Positions 26,563 to 38,329 of a stretch of 64,000 nt of DNA are shown here, piece by piece (within the stretch, counting starts at the first letter, position 1; each line of letters begins with the position of its first letter). Source of the DNA: Octopus sinensis (Eukaryota). A program made the translations under genes and the position numbers. The stretch spans positions 104,284,001 to 104,348,000 of the forward strand of contig NC_043001.1 of assembly GCF_006345805.1 (NCBI RefSeq), given 5' to 3'. The notes under the pieces are model-generated. The model was not told where the DNA came from, made no database searches, and worked only from the letters and a program-made list of their open reading frames with translations.

Positions 26563-27129
26563 ATTGCAGCGTGGAAGGTGTTTGTAAGCCATTTAAGAAA
26601 CACAAAAGCCGTTCGATTCACTTCAACATTTAAGTTTAATTTGTCAAAATATTTTCGTCGCTTTAAGACCGCGACCTGTTCACTGACAAAAATCCGTGAT
26701 GCATGAACAGGAAGTGAATCGAACGGCTTTTGTGTGTTTCTTAAATGGCTTACAAACACCTTGCACGCTGCAATTGTTTTCGTTTCAGCACACGATCTCA
26801 GATCAAATCACTTGCTATGCAAGTACATCTCCGTAATATATATATATATATTGCAAAAAACAGAAAAACATAACAAATCGGAAAGAAGCACATTCTAAGA
26901 TATAGAGCAGTGTATATTAAAAATGTGGACGACCGGTTTATGGAATTACCTTAGGTTTCCCGTCCATAAACAGTTTAGCTTTATGGCGTATCGTCAGATC
27001 CCAAAAACCTGTTGGGCCAAGTTACGGGGACGTAAACACACCAGCATCGGTTGTCAAGCGATGGTGGAGGGGACAAATACAGACACATATATATTATTTA
27101 CATTGGACGGATATGTTTCCTCATCTTTA

Positions 27130-27174
27130 CCACAACGTTTCGGCTGATTTACTCTCCAGCCTTCATCAGGTGTC
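27130..27174 (-). ncRNA. Minimal hammerhead ribozyme motif, intact core
   Basis: Minus strand: CAC-CTGATGA-A-GGCTG-gagagtaaat-CAGCC-GAAA-C-GTT-GTG, with palindromic AACGTT helix III. Confidence 0.65.
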
Positions 27175-27325
27175 CTGGAAGAATTTTGAACCCAGCCCTG
27201 GGTTCTCATTACTAAGGTATTTTTTGCTAATGTTGTTAGTATCATTATTATTATTTATTCAAGGCACTGCATGCAACTGAACTCTCAATCTTGGGGTTTG
27301 TAGCGCTCTTAACCATTATGCCAAC

Positions 27326-27594
27326 GGGCATATAGCGTAATGGTTAAGAGCGCGGATTACTAACCCCAAGATTTCGAGTTCAGTTCCATGCAGTGCTTTG
27401 AATAAATAATAATGATAATAATAACATCAGCCAAAAATACCTTAGGAATGAGAACCCGGTTGGGTTCAAAATTCCACCAGGACACTTGATGAAGGCTGGA
27501 GAGTAAATCAGCCGAAACGTTGTGGTAAAGATGAGGACACATATCCATCCAATGGAAATAATGTACAGAATTCTTTAACTCTAAAATATAGAAC
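27326..27594 (+). mobile_element. tRNA-headed retroelement carrying a minimal hammerhead ribozyme (right arm of an inverted pair)
   Basis: A box tagcgtaatgg, B box gagttcagttcc, (TAA)n linker, then gacac-TTGATGA-a-GGCTG..CAGCC-GAAA-cgtt-gtg at 27481-27525. Confidence 0.6.
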
Positions 27595-28063
27595 ACACAC
27601 ACACACACACTCTCTTTCTCTCTCTCTCCTGCAACCTGCTGCTTCTTAACCATTCTGTTGGCGATCGTATCTCGACCAACATGTGTCCCCTCTACCGAAA
27701 AGGTAATTATTTCTACGCCAGCTGCTATGTTGTTGTTGTTTTTGTCTCATTTGGTCTAAAGTCGTAAGACAACCACCGTTATATTTTGTTTATCCATTAC
27801 TGTTTTCAATTTCGTTTTCGTCTCTTGTATTTACATCCGTCTCTTGCGTTTACATTCTTGTCTTCTACCAAGAAATCTAATGCTTACAGCTTAGTTTTTT
27901 TCTTGGGGCTGGCCGAGTTGGAGCAAATATCAGAATTGAACAGCCGAAATTTGCTATGATGATTCGGTGTCTGACTGAAGATTGAAGGCTTCGAATGATT
28001 TGTCTGTGTTCCGTGTTCGTCCCTTCCTGTATTTCACGTTCTTTATATATAAAAACATTTATT

Positions 28064-28103
<40 letters not shown>

Positions 28104-28986
28104 CATACATATACGGCGGGCTTCTTTCAGTTTCCGTTTACCAAATCCACTAACAAGGCTTTGGTCGACCCCGAGAAGACACTTGCCCAAGATGCCATGA
28201 AGTGGGACTGAACCCGGAACCATGATGATGATGATATATGCATACACATACATACAAAATCACCCGACTATCCCTTTGTGTGGTAAGAACATTCACCATC
28301 CCTGTCTATCACCATCATCAACACTAGAACGAGTACAACCACTGCCATTAGCAACCCACCAACTCTTGAATAACCAGTCATTTGTGATAAAGTGGTACTC
28401 AAATGGAGTGGTTCCCAAAGTGGGTGGTATTTCCCCCTCCCTCGGGGTGGAAAGTTCCAAGGGGGCATTGAAAAAAAGTGGAGCGATAATGGTGTAGCGA
28501 TTCATGTGAAAACAACAAAATAATGGGTTTATTAGGTTAAGATTTATTTGTGAAATACAGTGGCTTTGAATTTGCTTCAGAACGAGGTTTATGCTTGTGA
28601 TGGTTAGTTGGGGTGGGGGGTCACTAGGAATGTAGCCTGGGTGTCAGGAGGGTGGAAGTCATGAAGAACTTTGGCAACCAGTGTATTAACTGATCAATCA
28701 GCGAGAAGCGGTAATGTAGTCTAGTTTACTCGAACCGTCAAGAATTTAACCTGCAGTCCCCTATAAAAACCGTTTGGTGCACATTCTTACCAGCCTGACG
28801 AGCCGGGAAGGCAGCTAAGATAGATGACAGGAACCTCCGTCGCTATAATATAGCACAATTGCTTCCTGTTATGTTGAGCAAGCTGCATATTCCTGTATTA
28901 GTGTGTGTAATCATCAATCACTTTGGACCACTTCTCATACCTGAGACGATTATTGTAGTTATCACCCCAAACACCTGTATATAATA

Positions 28987-29291
28987 CTAGCAGTATCGCC
29001 CGGCGTTGCTCGGGTTTGTAAGGGAAATAACTATATAAGCATTTTTAGAGAGTTACTTCCCTTATATAACCCGAGCAAAAATCATTAAAAATGCGGAAAA
29101 ATGATAGTAATTTTTTTTAAATCGTAGACTCATCGTAGACGCGCGCTAATACCCAGAAGGGCTCGATATGAATGACGACTATAAGATACCCGCTTTTGGT
29201 TAAACTGCACCGCAAAATGTGGGAGTAGTTAGGAATCTAAATCGGAGTAGACAGAGTCTCACACACACAACTTCAATTTTATATATAAAGA
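28987..29291 (-). mobile_element. Non-autonomous Helitron, shorter copy of the same family
   Basis: Same 3' hairpin and CTAG end, TCTTTATATATAAAA 5' end, inserted between A and T. Confidence 0.88.
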
Positions 29292-31377
29292 TATGCCGGT
29301 CTCTCCGCGTTCTGTGTCGGAATTCTACCTTCAGGGAAAATAAAATTTAAAAACTGTGAAACTTCTGTACTTGGGTTATGAGATGTGACTGACAAAAGTA
29401 TAAAATAAAATTGAAGAGAAGCAGCAATAAAAACACAAAATCTGGAAATATCTTTTTCTTAATCTGTCCCTTGTAGATCGATGTTGAGTGTTCTTGTTTA
29501 GTAATTACCTCTGGCAAGGCTCACGTGTGGGCTACAAGGACTGCTCATGATCTGTAGCAACGATGACATCTGCTGTAGGTGAAGTTACTCGACACAACGG
29601 AGAAGTGTTACTCTGCAATGGCTGGAATTACGTGCTTCAACGGCCAGTGCCATTCATAGCGTCACAGGGCCTTCTCTTCCCAGGTATCAGCGGTGATGCC
29701 AGAGCTCTTCATATGTCTCTTCAGCACATCCCTGTATCGCATCTACGAGCCACCACGATTTCGATTAGAAGACTGGCTGTTACAACCACATATGCAGAAG
29801 GTCGACATGAGAGATTGCTAGAGAATATGAAGTCTAATATTTGAAGCAACTTTTTTTAAGGGCTTTACTTAGATGACATTTATAGGCTGGGTATAGAATA
29901 CGATTGTTTCTGCGATATGTTTAGCGATTCCATGTATGCAATACTGGAAACGACTAAATTGCCAAGTTCCTTTAAATACCGTGAAAAATCAAAAGAAAAA
30001 ATCACATGAAAACGGTAATAAATGACTGACATTGCATTGTTTTAATTAAAACAATGTAGTCTGGTCCTGTAATGTCTATATAAAACGCTGTCGTAGTGAA
30101 CAGGCCAGGTATTGACTGTTAATAAGCAATTTTTAAAATACATTTCATTCCTTCAACCATTATTATGATATTTTAAACGAAATAGGTCGTTTCTTTCCAA
30201 TTTTAATTCAGTTCCCTGTCCTCATTGTTTCTGAGACTTCTTTTTATAGAAGTAGTGAAAGTCAAGTATGAGATCTTTCTGTGTCGCTCACCCAAATTTC
30301 TCTCCAAATTATACATTCGACAGCAGCGTTTCTCAACCCTGCCACCTTTTTTAATCTATGGACCCCTTTTATTCATAGTTTACTCAAATGAACCCTCATA
30401 AATATTCTGTTTAAAAAATCCTGTTATATTTTCATAATTAAATATTATTAGGAACTCTGCCGAGGTCGACTTTGCCTTTCATCTTTTCTGGGTCGATTAA
30501 ATAAGTACCAGTTACGCACTGGAGTCAATATAATCGATTTAATCCCTTTGTCCTTGTTTGTCCCCTCTATGTTAGCCCCCTGTGGACAATAAAGAAATAA
30601 ATATTTCAAGGAATTGTATTTTTAAAAAATTGTTCAAATATTTGGCGCAGAAGCAATTTATGGTTCATAAATTTTAAGAAACAGAAAATTTTAAATGAAT
30701 CCCCAAGGTTCTATAGCCTTTAAAAGGGTTGGGCACATTAAAATAATATAGTCCTGGATACACTATGCCTAAAAACAAACCAGGATGGCCACGGTTGGAA
30801 TGACTATTTCATATGTCTACTCTATTAGGACTGATCAGGGATTTAATAAGTAGAGAGATTCAGTGTCTTGAAAAGAAGTCAAGTCTAATTTATTTGAATC
30901 TTCATATTGTCAATTAAGCCATTATTTGTTCCAGATTTTTGTTTGTTTTGCTCTGCTCCCTAAACTTTTCTTGGACTTGTTTAGAGTCCATCCCTTTCGA
31001 GATCGGGAACTCTTTCAGAAATAAAGACAGCAGAATGAGAGAGGGAAAAAAAAATGAGGCATGAACTTCAGCACAAGACTCGTACTTTACTTATTGGCCT
31101 CGGCGATATTTGAACTCAAAGTGCAAAGAATCAGAGCAATTTGCGCAAAAACAAAAAGAAGCAAACTTTCCGACGCGTTGACGACTTCGTCAATTGGACG
31201 CTTTTAAAGGAAGTGAGTTCTACTTTGGAAATCCAAAGTGTTCTGCTTATTTAAAGCAAAATATTAAATTAAAGCAATTGTTTCGTAATCATAAAGATTA
31301 CTCGACTTAATTTAGGTAAAACAATTTATTTTCAATGGTAAATAAAAAAGAAAAGAAACTGCAAGTGGAAAGTAGGG

Positions 31378-31413
31378 ATGGTTGACATCACGACGGACAT
31401 TAAACGGTGTAAG
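31378..31413 (+). other. Candidate first exon of a divergently transcribed gene (MVDITTDIKRCK)
   Basis: ATG plus 12 codons ending at a perfect AAG|GTGAGT donor, in a CpG-enriched unique stretch (about 31100-31460). No downstream exons confidently linked. Confidence 0.3.
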
Positions 31414-32571
31414 GTGAGTATAGTCCCGCCATTAACCGCATCGTGTTCAGTCGACGGTAAATTATAATTATATCTTAATTAGAACGGTACCCTTATTAAT
31501 ATTATTATTATTGGGAACTACATGATAACCAAATTTTAAAAGTGTAACTATATACATTAGGGTTTGATTCTTTCTAATTTCTATAGTGTACTAAGTGTTT
31601 TCAGAGTGAAATGAGCGACGAGTAGAGTTTTGAATGATGCAAACGATAACTGCCCCAGCATGGCCGCAGTCTAATGATTGAAACTAGTAAAAGATGAGAG
31701 AAAAATAAAAAAAAGGCTTTCCTTTTGGTAATGCATTAGGTTTATTTGGAAGACCAGAAAGCTACAACGAAATGCTTTGGATATTTCATAAACTGAAGTC
31801 GCTTTCGCGTAACAACTGTTTAGGGCCATCTCTCCCAGCGATTCTCTTTCCTCATAATTTCCTCAATACTTCTTTCTAATTTAGGCACAAGGTCAGCAGT
31901 TTTCAAAGATCGTGGGGTTACTTGGTTGCATTGACCTCAGTATTCAACTGGTATTTTATTTTATCGACCTGCATTACGATGAAAGGCAAAGCTGGCCCCG
32001 GTGGGATTTAAACTGAGAACCCAGTGTACCCCATTTGTCAAATAAAGGGTTGGGTTTGAAATTCCACCAGAACACCTGTTGGAAGCTGAAGAGCACATCA
32101 ACGAAAACGTGATAACAACGAACAAGATGAGGACACCTATCCGCCCATTGTAAATAATGTGCATAAATTTCTTGACACATTTCATAAATTTTTCAGGGAT
32201 CCGTTTTCAAAAACGTAGCTGGGGATCTTCGTTGGGGAAAAATTTGTTCACGTTAATTTTTTTTTTCTATTCAAAACGAAAAGGAGGTTCACAACTTCTC
32301 CATCGCTCAAAACGTCTTTGATATTATCCTGATTGAGTTCATTCATTATCGAAAAGGGAGAAAAACCGATGAAAAACGTTTCTACATGTAAGATTAACTT
32401 TTCTCAGAAGAAATGGAATGTGTTTATAAAAAATATTAATGGGCGCAAGCGTGACTGTGTGATAAGAAGCTTGCTTCCAGACCATATGGTTCCTATATAT
32501 ATATATATATATATATATGACCTCGTGTATACCGTTGGCGATTTTTTTTCCTCTGTCTTCCCTTCTCCTAT

Positions 32572-32606
32572 GTTTCCGACGAAGAGCTCCTCTCGAAACG
32601 TTAAAC
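32572..32606 (+). ncRNA. Minimal hammerhead variant (U4 to C)
   Basis: GTTT-CCGACGA-A-GAG-ctcct-CTC-GAAA-C-GTT-AAAC. Confidence 0.5.
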
Positions 32607-35600
32607 CCTCCTTCTTTCCTGAGCGTCCAATAATACTTTATTTGTTCCACGTCCTTGCATTGTTGTGTTTTTTTTGTGCTTTCTTTTTTGGATTAACTAT
32701 ATATATATATATATATGGGGGGAGGGGCAATGAGAGTACTGCCTGACTAGCATCTGTGCCAGTGGTACATAAAAAGCACCATTCGAGCATGGTCAATGCC
32801 AGTCTCACCAAACTGGCTCCTGTGCCAGTGGCGTGTAAAAAGCACCATCCGAACGTGGTTAATTCTGGTGCTGGTGACATGTAAAAAGCACCTACTACAC
32901 TCTTGGAGTGGTTGGCATTACGAAGGGAATCCAGCAGTAGAAACCTTGCCAGATCAGAGTGGAGCCTTGTGCAGCCTCCTGGCTTGCCAGTCCTCAGTCA
33001 AACTGTCCAACCCATTCCAGCATGGAAAGCAGATGTCAAACGATGATGATGATATATATATATATATATATGAGTGTGTGTGTGTATGTATATATATATA
33101 TATATATATTAGTAAAATGACAGCAAAAGAATAAATGAGACCTCGATATTATGTAAATATATATATAATCAAAATAAGCAACAGAATATCCAGAGATAAT
33201 GCAGTACGATCGTTTCAAGCGACTCCATTGAATTGAACAAAGCAACCATTACATCAGATGGACACATTAGTATAATTATACTAGAGTGTCCATCTGCCTC
33301 AATTTAATTTAATTCTGTGTATTTATGCAGATGAGGATTGCTCTGCATTTAAATTGATGTAATGGTTGCATTGTTCAATTGAATGGAGTCTCTTGAAATG
33401 ATCGTATTATATTACCTCTTTTACTTGTTTCAGTCATTTGACTGCGGCCATGCTGGAGCACCGCTTTTAGTCGAGCAAATCGACCCCGGGACTTATTCTT
33501 TGTAAGCCCAGTACTTATTCTATCAGTCTCTTTTGCCGAACCGCTAAGTGACGGGGACGTAAACACACCAGCATCGGTTGTCAAGCAATGCTAGGGGGAC
33601 AAACACACACATATATATATATATACGACAGGCTTCTTTCAGTTTCCGTCTACCAAACCACTCACAAGGCATTGGTCGGCCCGGGGCTATAGCAGAAGAC
33701 ACTTGCCCAAGATGCCACGCAGTGGGACTGAACCCGGAACCATGTGGTTGGTTAGCAAGCTACTTACCACACAGCCACTCCTGTGCCTATAGATATCCCG
33801 TTGCTTATTTTGATTTTAATCACCTTACTTTGAAACTATGAATAATACTGTACTAAATTCTGGTGCCTCGACATACATACCTAATTCATCTGAACATATA
33901 TATACATGACAAACTTTCAGTTTCTAACAAATCCTTGGTCAGCCTGGAGTTATATTGAAAGACACTTGCCCAAGTGCCTCATACAGTGAAGGTGAACTCA
34001 AGGTCACATGATTGGGTAGCAAGTTCCTTACCTCATAGCCATGATCTTATTAGGAGCAAGTTATATGAATGGTTAAAAGCTATGAATTTCTTATCTTTCT
34101 GGTTAATTTTTTAAAAAAAATAATGATAAATAAAAAAATATATATTAGCGACAGAGGCAATATTAACACCAAGGGGTGTTATTTATCCCCACTTAAAAAC
34201 GTGGTTGTTCTGTTAAAACAAACTATTCTGCAATAGATAACATGAGAGAACCTCTCACATTGGCCTTTGATGCAAAAAGCACTCATGTTTTTATTGCTAA
34301 ATAAAAAGAATTGCTGCAAATTTTATAAAAGATACGCATTTTTCAGAAAGCTAAAGAAAACAAAACTCTGGGAGGTTATGCTAAAGGATTGTACAAATAT
34401 TTCATTAATGGGTCTGCAATGAGTTTCATGACCTCAACACAACGAGGACAAAGTCTGGTGCAATGAATAAGAATTTTATTTGGTAATTATTGGTAGTTAA
34501 TAATTATGCTTTGCTCACATTTATGAAAACAACTAGAATGTTACACATAGCTACTAACCCCACAACATTAGTTGACAGAAATTTATGTGTGCTGTGTACT
34601 CACTTTAAATCATCATCATCCTCATTGTTTAACATCTGCTTTCCATGCTGATATGGGTTGAACAGTTTGACTGAGGGCTGGCAAGCCGGAAAACTGCACC
34701 AGGCTACAATTCGAACTGGCAGTGTTTCTACAGCTGGATGCCCTTCCTAACGCCAACCACTCCGAGAGTGTAGTGGGTGCTTAAGTGGCACAGGGGCCAG
34801 TCAGGCAGTATTGGCATTGATCACACATGAATGGTGCTTTTTATGTGCCACTGGCATGGGAGCCAATAAGGTGACACTAGCAACGACGATGCTTGAATGG
34901 TGCTTTTTACGTGCTACCAGCATGGGAGTCAATCAGGCAGTACTGGTATTGATCACACTTGAATGGTACTTTTTATGTGCTACCGGCATGGGAGCCAGTC
35001 AGGCGGCACTGGTGACAAAAATACACTCAGCCTTATCTACTGTGGTTTTGTACTTATTTGTGTACTGGTTGATATAAATATCCGCTATCACAGAATCGAT
35101 AACAGAGGCCACTGTGCAAATTTCAAGGAATCTGATGGGTTTGTTAGATTCTTCATATAGATATTTACAACTCATTTCAAGACTTCATCCTCATAACAGT
35201 ATAAAAGCAGCAGTTTGGGCAGTTGCACCACTATTTCCTCCATGACTTCCTATCAAATTTATACACGTTCGACAAATTTTCCTGGTCCTTCATGGAATTT
35301 ACAGTTGCATCCAGCCATGCCAGTTTCATTGAATTTATGGTCCTCGCAGTGATGACAGTTTATATAAATAAACAGTGCATGCTCTAAGGCAGTTGACGTA
35401 AATATATGCTGAACCATTGTCGTGCACTTATTGTTGATCTCAGCTGAGATGATTACCATCAGTGCAACTTCGTTGCCTGATAAAAGACTGTTGTTATATG
35501 GTTGACTACCCATGTATAACAAACGTCAAGCAAAATGAGACTGACATCAAATAAAGGAGATACAATTACTTTTGGAGAGGGAGTGCTAAGCAGTCATCAT

Positions 35601-35813
35601 CATCATCATTGTTTAACGTCCGCTTTCCATGCTAGCATGGGTTGGACGATTTTGACTGAGGGCTGGCGAACCAGATGGCTGCACCAGGCTCCAATTTTGA
35701 TTTGGCAGAGTTTCTACAGCTGGATGCCCTTCCTAATGCCAACCACTCCGAGAGTGCAGTGGGTGCTTTTTACGTGTCACTGGCACATGATAAATGAAAT
35801 TGAAACATTACTA

Positions 35814-36903
35814 CCAGTCCAAATATGCTTGATGCATGTTTGAACTGGGGGACAAGCTACTCACTGAATTTTGTCATATCTCACTTGTTGACAAATGGGG
35901 TGTCTACACCAAGATCAGCTTGCAGCACCACCTAGCTAGACTGTGAGATGTTAACATTTCGGAGTAGTTATCTCCTCTTTGGTCACAGACACTAGGCAGA
36001 CGGCACTGTGAGCTGAATCAAGAGATTACCTCTCTTATGCTTTCCCAGTCATTGTACAGTGAGTGATAGCGCTATACGATGGCTCACCATAAGTAAATTA
36101 TGGAGGGGGAATGCTTAGCAGTGATAAGTAAAATCAGTCCGTATGTACTTGATGCATGTTCAAACTGGGGAACAAGCGACTCACTGCATTTTGTCATGAG
36201 TAATATGTCTCAAATGAGACATATTACCCATGACAAAACACTGAGTCGCTTGTTCCCCAGTTGACTGAAGGCGGCGAGCTGGCAGAAGCATTAGCACGCC
36301 AGGCGGAATGCTTTGTGGTACTTTGTCTGCCGTTATGTTGTGAGTTCAAATTCCGCCGAGGTCGACTTTGGCTTTCATTCTTTCGGGGTCGATAAATTAA
36401 GTACCAGTTACGCACTGGGGTCGATGTAATTAACTTAATACCTATGTCTGTCCTTGTTTGTCCCCTCTATGTTTAGCCCCTTGTGGGTAATAACGAAATA
36501 GGTAATATGTCTCACTTGTTGACAAATTGTGTGTCTACACCGAGATCAGTTTGCAGCGCCACCTACCTAGACTGTGAGATGCTATCATTTCGGGGTAGTT
36601 ACCTCCTCTTTGATGACAGACACTAGGCAGACATAATTTACTTACGATGAGCTGCCATATAATGTTATCAGTCACTGTATGGTTTCTGGAAATGCACTAG
36701 AGAGTCAAGCTCTTCAATCAGCTCGTAGCATCGTCTACCTAGTATCTGTGACAAAAGAGGAGATAACTACTCCGAAATGCTAGGTAGGTAGCACTGCAAG
36801 CTGATCTAGGTGTATACACACAATTTGTCAACAAACGGGATATATTCTCTGTGACAAAATGCAGTGAGTAGCTTGTCCCCCAGTTCAAAAGTATTTGGAC
36901 TGG
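35814..36903. mobile_element. Foldback/MITE with ~200-bp inverted arms and an internal direct duplication
   Basis: ccagtccaaata...tatttggactgg termini. The arm sequence (gggacaagctactcactg...atttcggagtagttatctcctc) recurs direct at about 36140-36630 and inverted at about 36700-36903. Confidence 0.75.
36270..36501 (+). mobile_element. tRNA-derived SINE, family B (Meta-domain-like core), young copy with 13-bp target-site duplication (TSD)
   Basis: ggcggcgagctggcaga (A box), gagttcaaattcc (B box), core ctttcattctttcggggtcgataaattaagtaccag. TSD gtaatatgtctca at 36200-36212 and 36502-36514. Confidence 0.85.
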
Positions 36904-37888
36904 TAATAACATCGCAATTTAATCTGAATTATGACTTTCTATGCATTTCAATGTTGTCCTTGCTGTTGTGACAATATAAAGCTCCCTGAAAGCTGTTGAT
37001 GAATAAAATTGCACAATTATTTTAAGATTAGTACCTCTGCTGGTGCCTCGTAAAAAGCATCCCGTACACTCTGTAAAGTGGTTGCTATTAGGAGGGGTAT
37101 CTAGCCATGGAAACCTTGCCAAAACAGACAATTGGAGCTTAGTGCAGCTCTCCAGGCTTGCCACTGCCTGTCAGACTGTCTTACTCATGCCAGCATGGAA
37201 AACACACAGTTAAATGATGATGATGGTGATGGTGGTGGTGGTGGTGGTGGTGGTGATACAATCTGTTAAACGTTTGAAATAATTCTATAAAACTTTCATT
37301 TTTCTGTTTAGAAATACATTCATTATTGATAAAGTAAACCTTTTCTTTTCTTAAGATTCTAGAAATAAAAAAAACCCACTAAATTTTAAAAGTGAATATG
37401 TAGCTGAGATGAAAATCTATGATTGCTGTAATAAAAAGCATTTCAGTGTTATTCATCATCATCATCATTGTTTAATGTCCACTTTCCATGCTGGCATGGA
37501 TTGGATGGTTTGGCTGAGGTCTAAGAAGCCAGGAGGCTGCACCAGGCTCCAATCTGATCTGGCAAAGTTTCTACAGCTGGATGCCCTTCCTAACACCAAC
37601 CACTCTGAGAGTGTAGTGGATGCTTTTTACGTGCCACCGGCACAGGAGCCGGTCAAGGGATACTGGCATTGGTTACGATTGGTTGGTGCTTTTTATGTGC
37701 CACCGGCATGGGAGCCAGTCAGGTGGACCTGGCATTGACCACAAACAGATGGTGCTTTTTATGTGCCACTGGCACAGGAGCCAGTCAGGTGGGCCTGGCA
37801 ACGATCACCAACCACCAAGCTTAGCCATCAAACAACTACTTGCCCTGTATTTAGACATCCATGGGAGCAGAATAGTAGAAATTTTCTG

Positions 37889-38300
37889 TGGCTGTGTGGT
37901 AAGTAGCTTGCTTACGAACCACATGGTTCCGGGTTCAGTCCCACTGCGTGGAACCATGGGCAAGTGTCTTCTAATATAGCCTCGGGCTGACCAAAGCCTT
38001 GTGAGTGGATTTGGTAGACGGAAACTGAAAGAAGCTTGTTGTATATATGTATATATATGTATATATGTATGTATGTGTGTGTATATGTTTGTGTGTCTGT
38101 GTTTGTCCCCCCAACAATGCTTGACAACCGATGCTGGTGTGTTTACATCCCCGTAACTTAGCGGTTCAGCAAAAGAGACCGATAGAATAAGTACTAGGCA
38201 TACAAAGAATAAGTCCTGGGGTCGATTTGCTCGACTAAAGGCAGTGCTCCAGCATGGCCACAGTCAAATGACTGAAATAAATAAAAGAGTTAAAAAGAGT
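37889..38300 (+). mobile_element. tRNA-derived SINE, family A (near full length)
   Basis: tRNA-like head (ggctgtgtggtaag...gggttcagtccc), body gtggatttggtagacggaaactgaaagaagc, internal (TA)/(TG) tract, tail gtgctccagcatggccacagtcaaatgactgaaa. Other copies at about 15020-15383(-), 33415-33790(-), 41245-41600(+), 56140-56520(-), 56805-57290(-), 10962-11115(-), 13535-13695(-) and 53380-53580(-). Confidence 0.85.
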
Positions 38301-38329
38301 ATGTCATGATGTAATGAAACATTACTTTT

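Noticed and set aside
27326-27395. Functional tRNA gene
   Set aside because: Degenerate acceptor and T arms, and it is embedded as the head of a repeat; treated as SINE-like.
27900-28000. GGCTG...CAGCC-GAAA and CTGACTGA...GAAT hammerhead-like pieces
   Set aside because: Neither has a complete core plus helix I; too degenerate to call.
28795-28825. CTGACGA-GCC-gggaa-GGC hammerhead half
   Set aside because: No GAAA or helix III follows.
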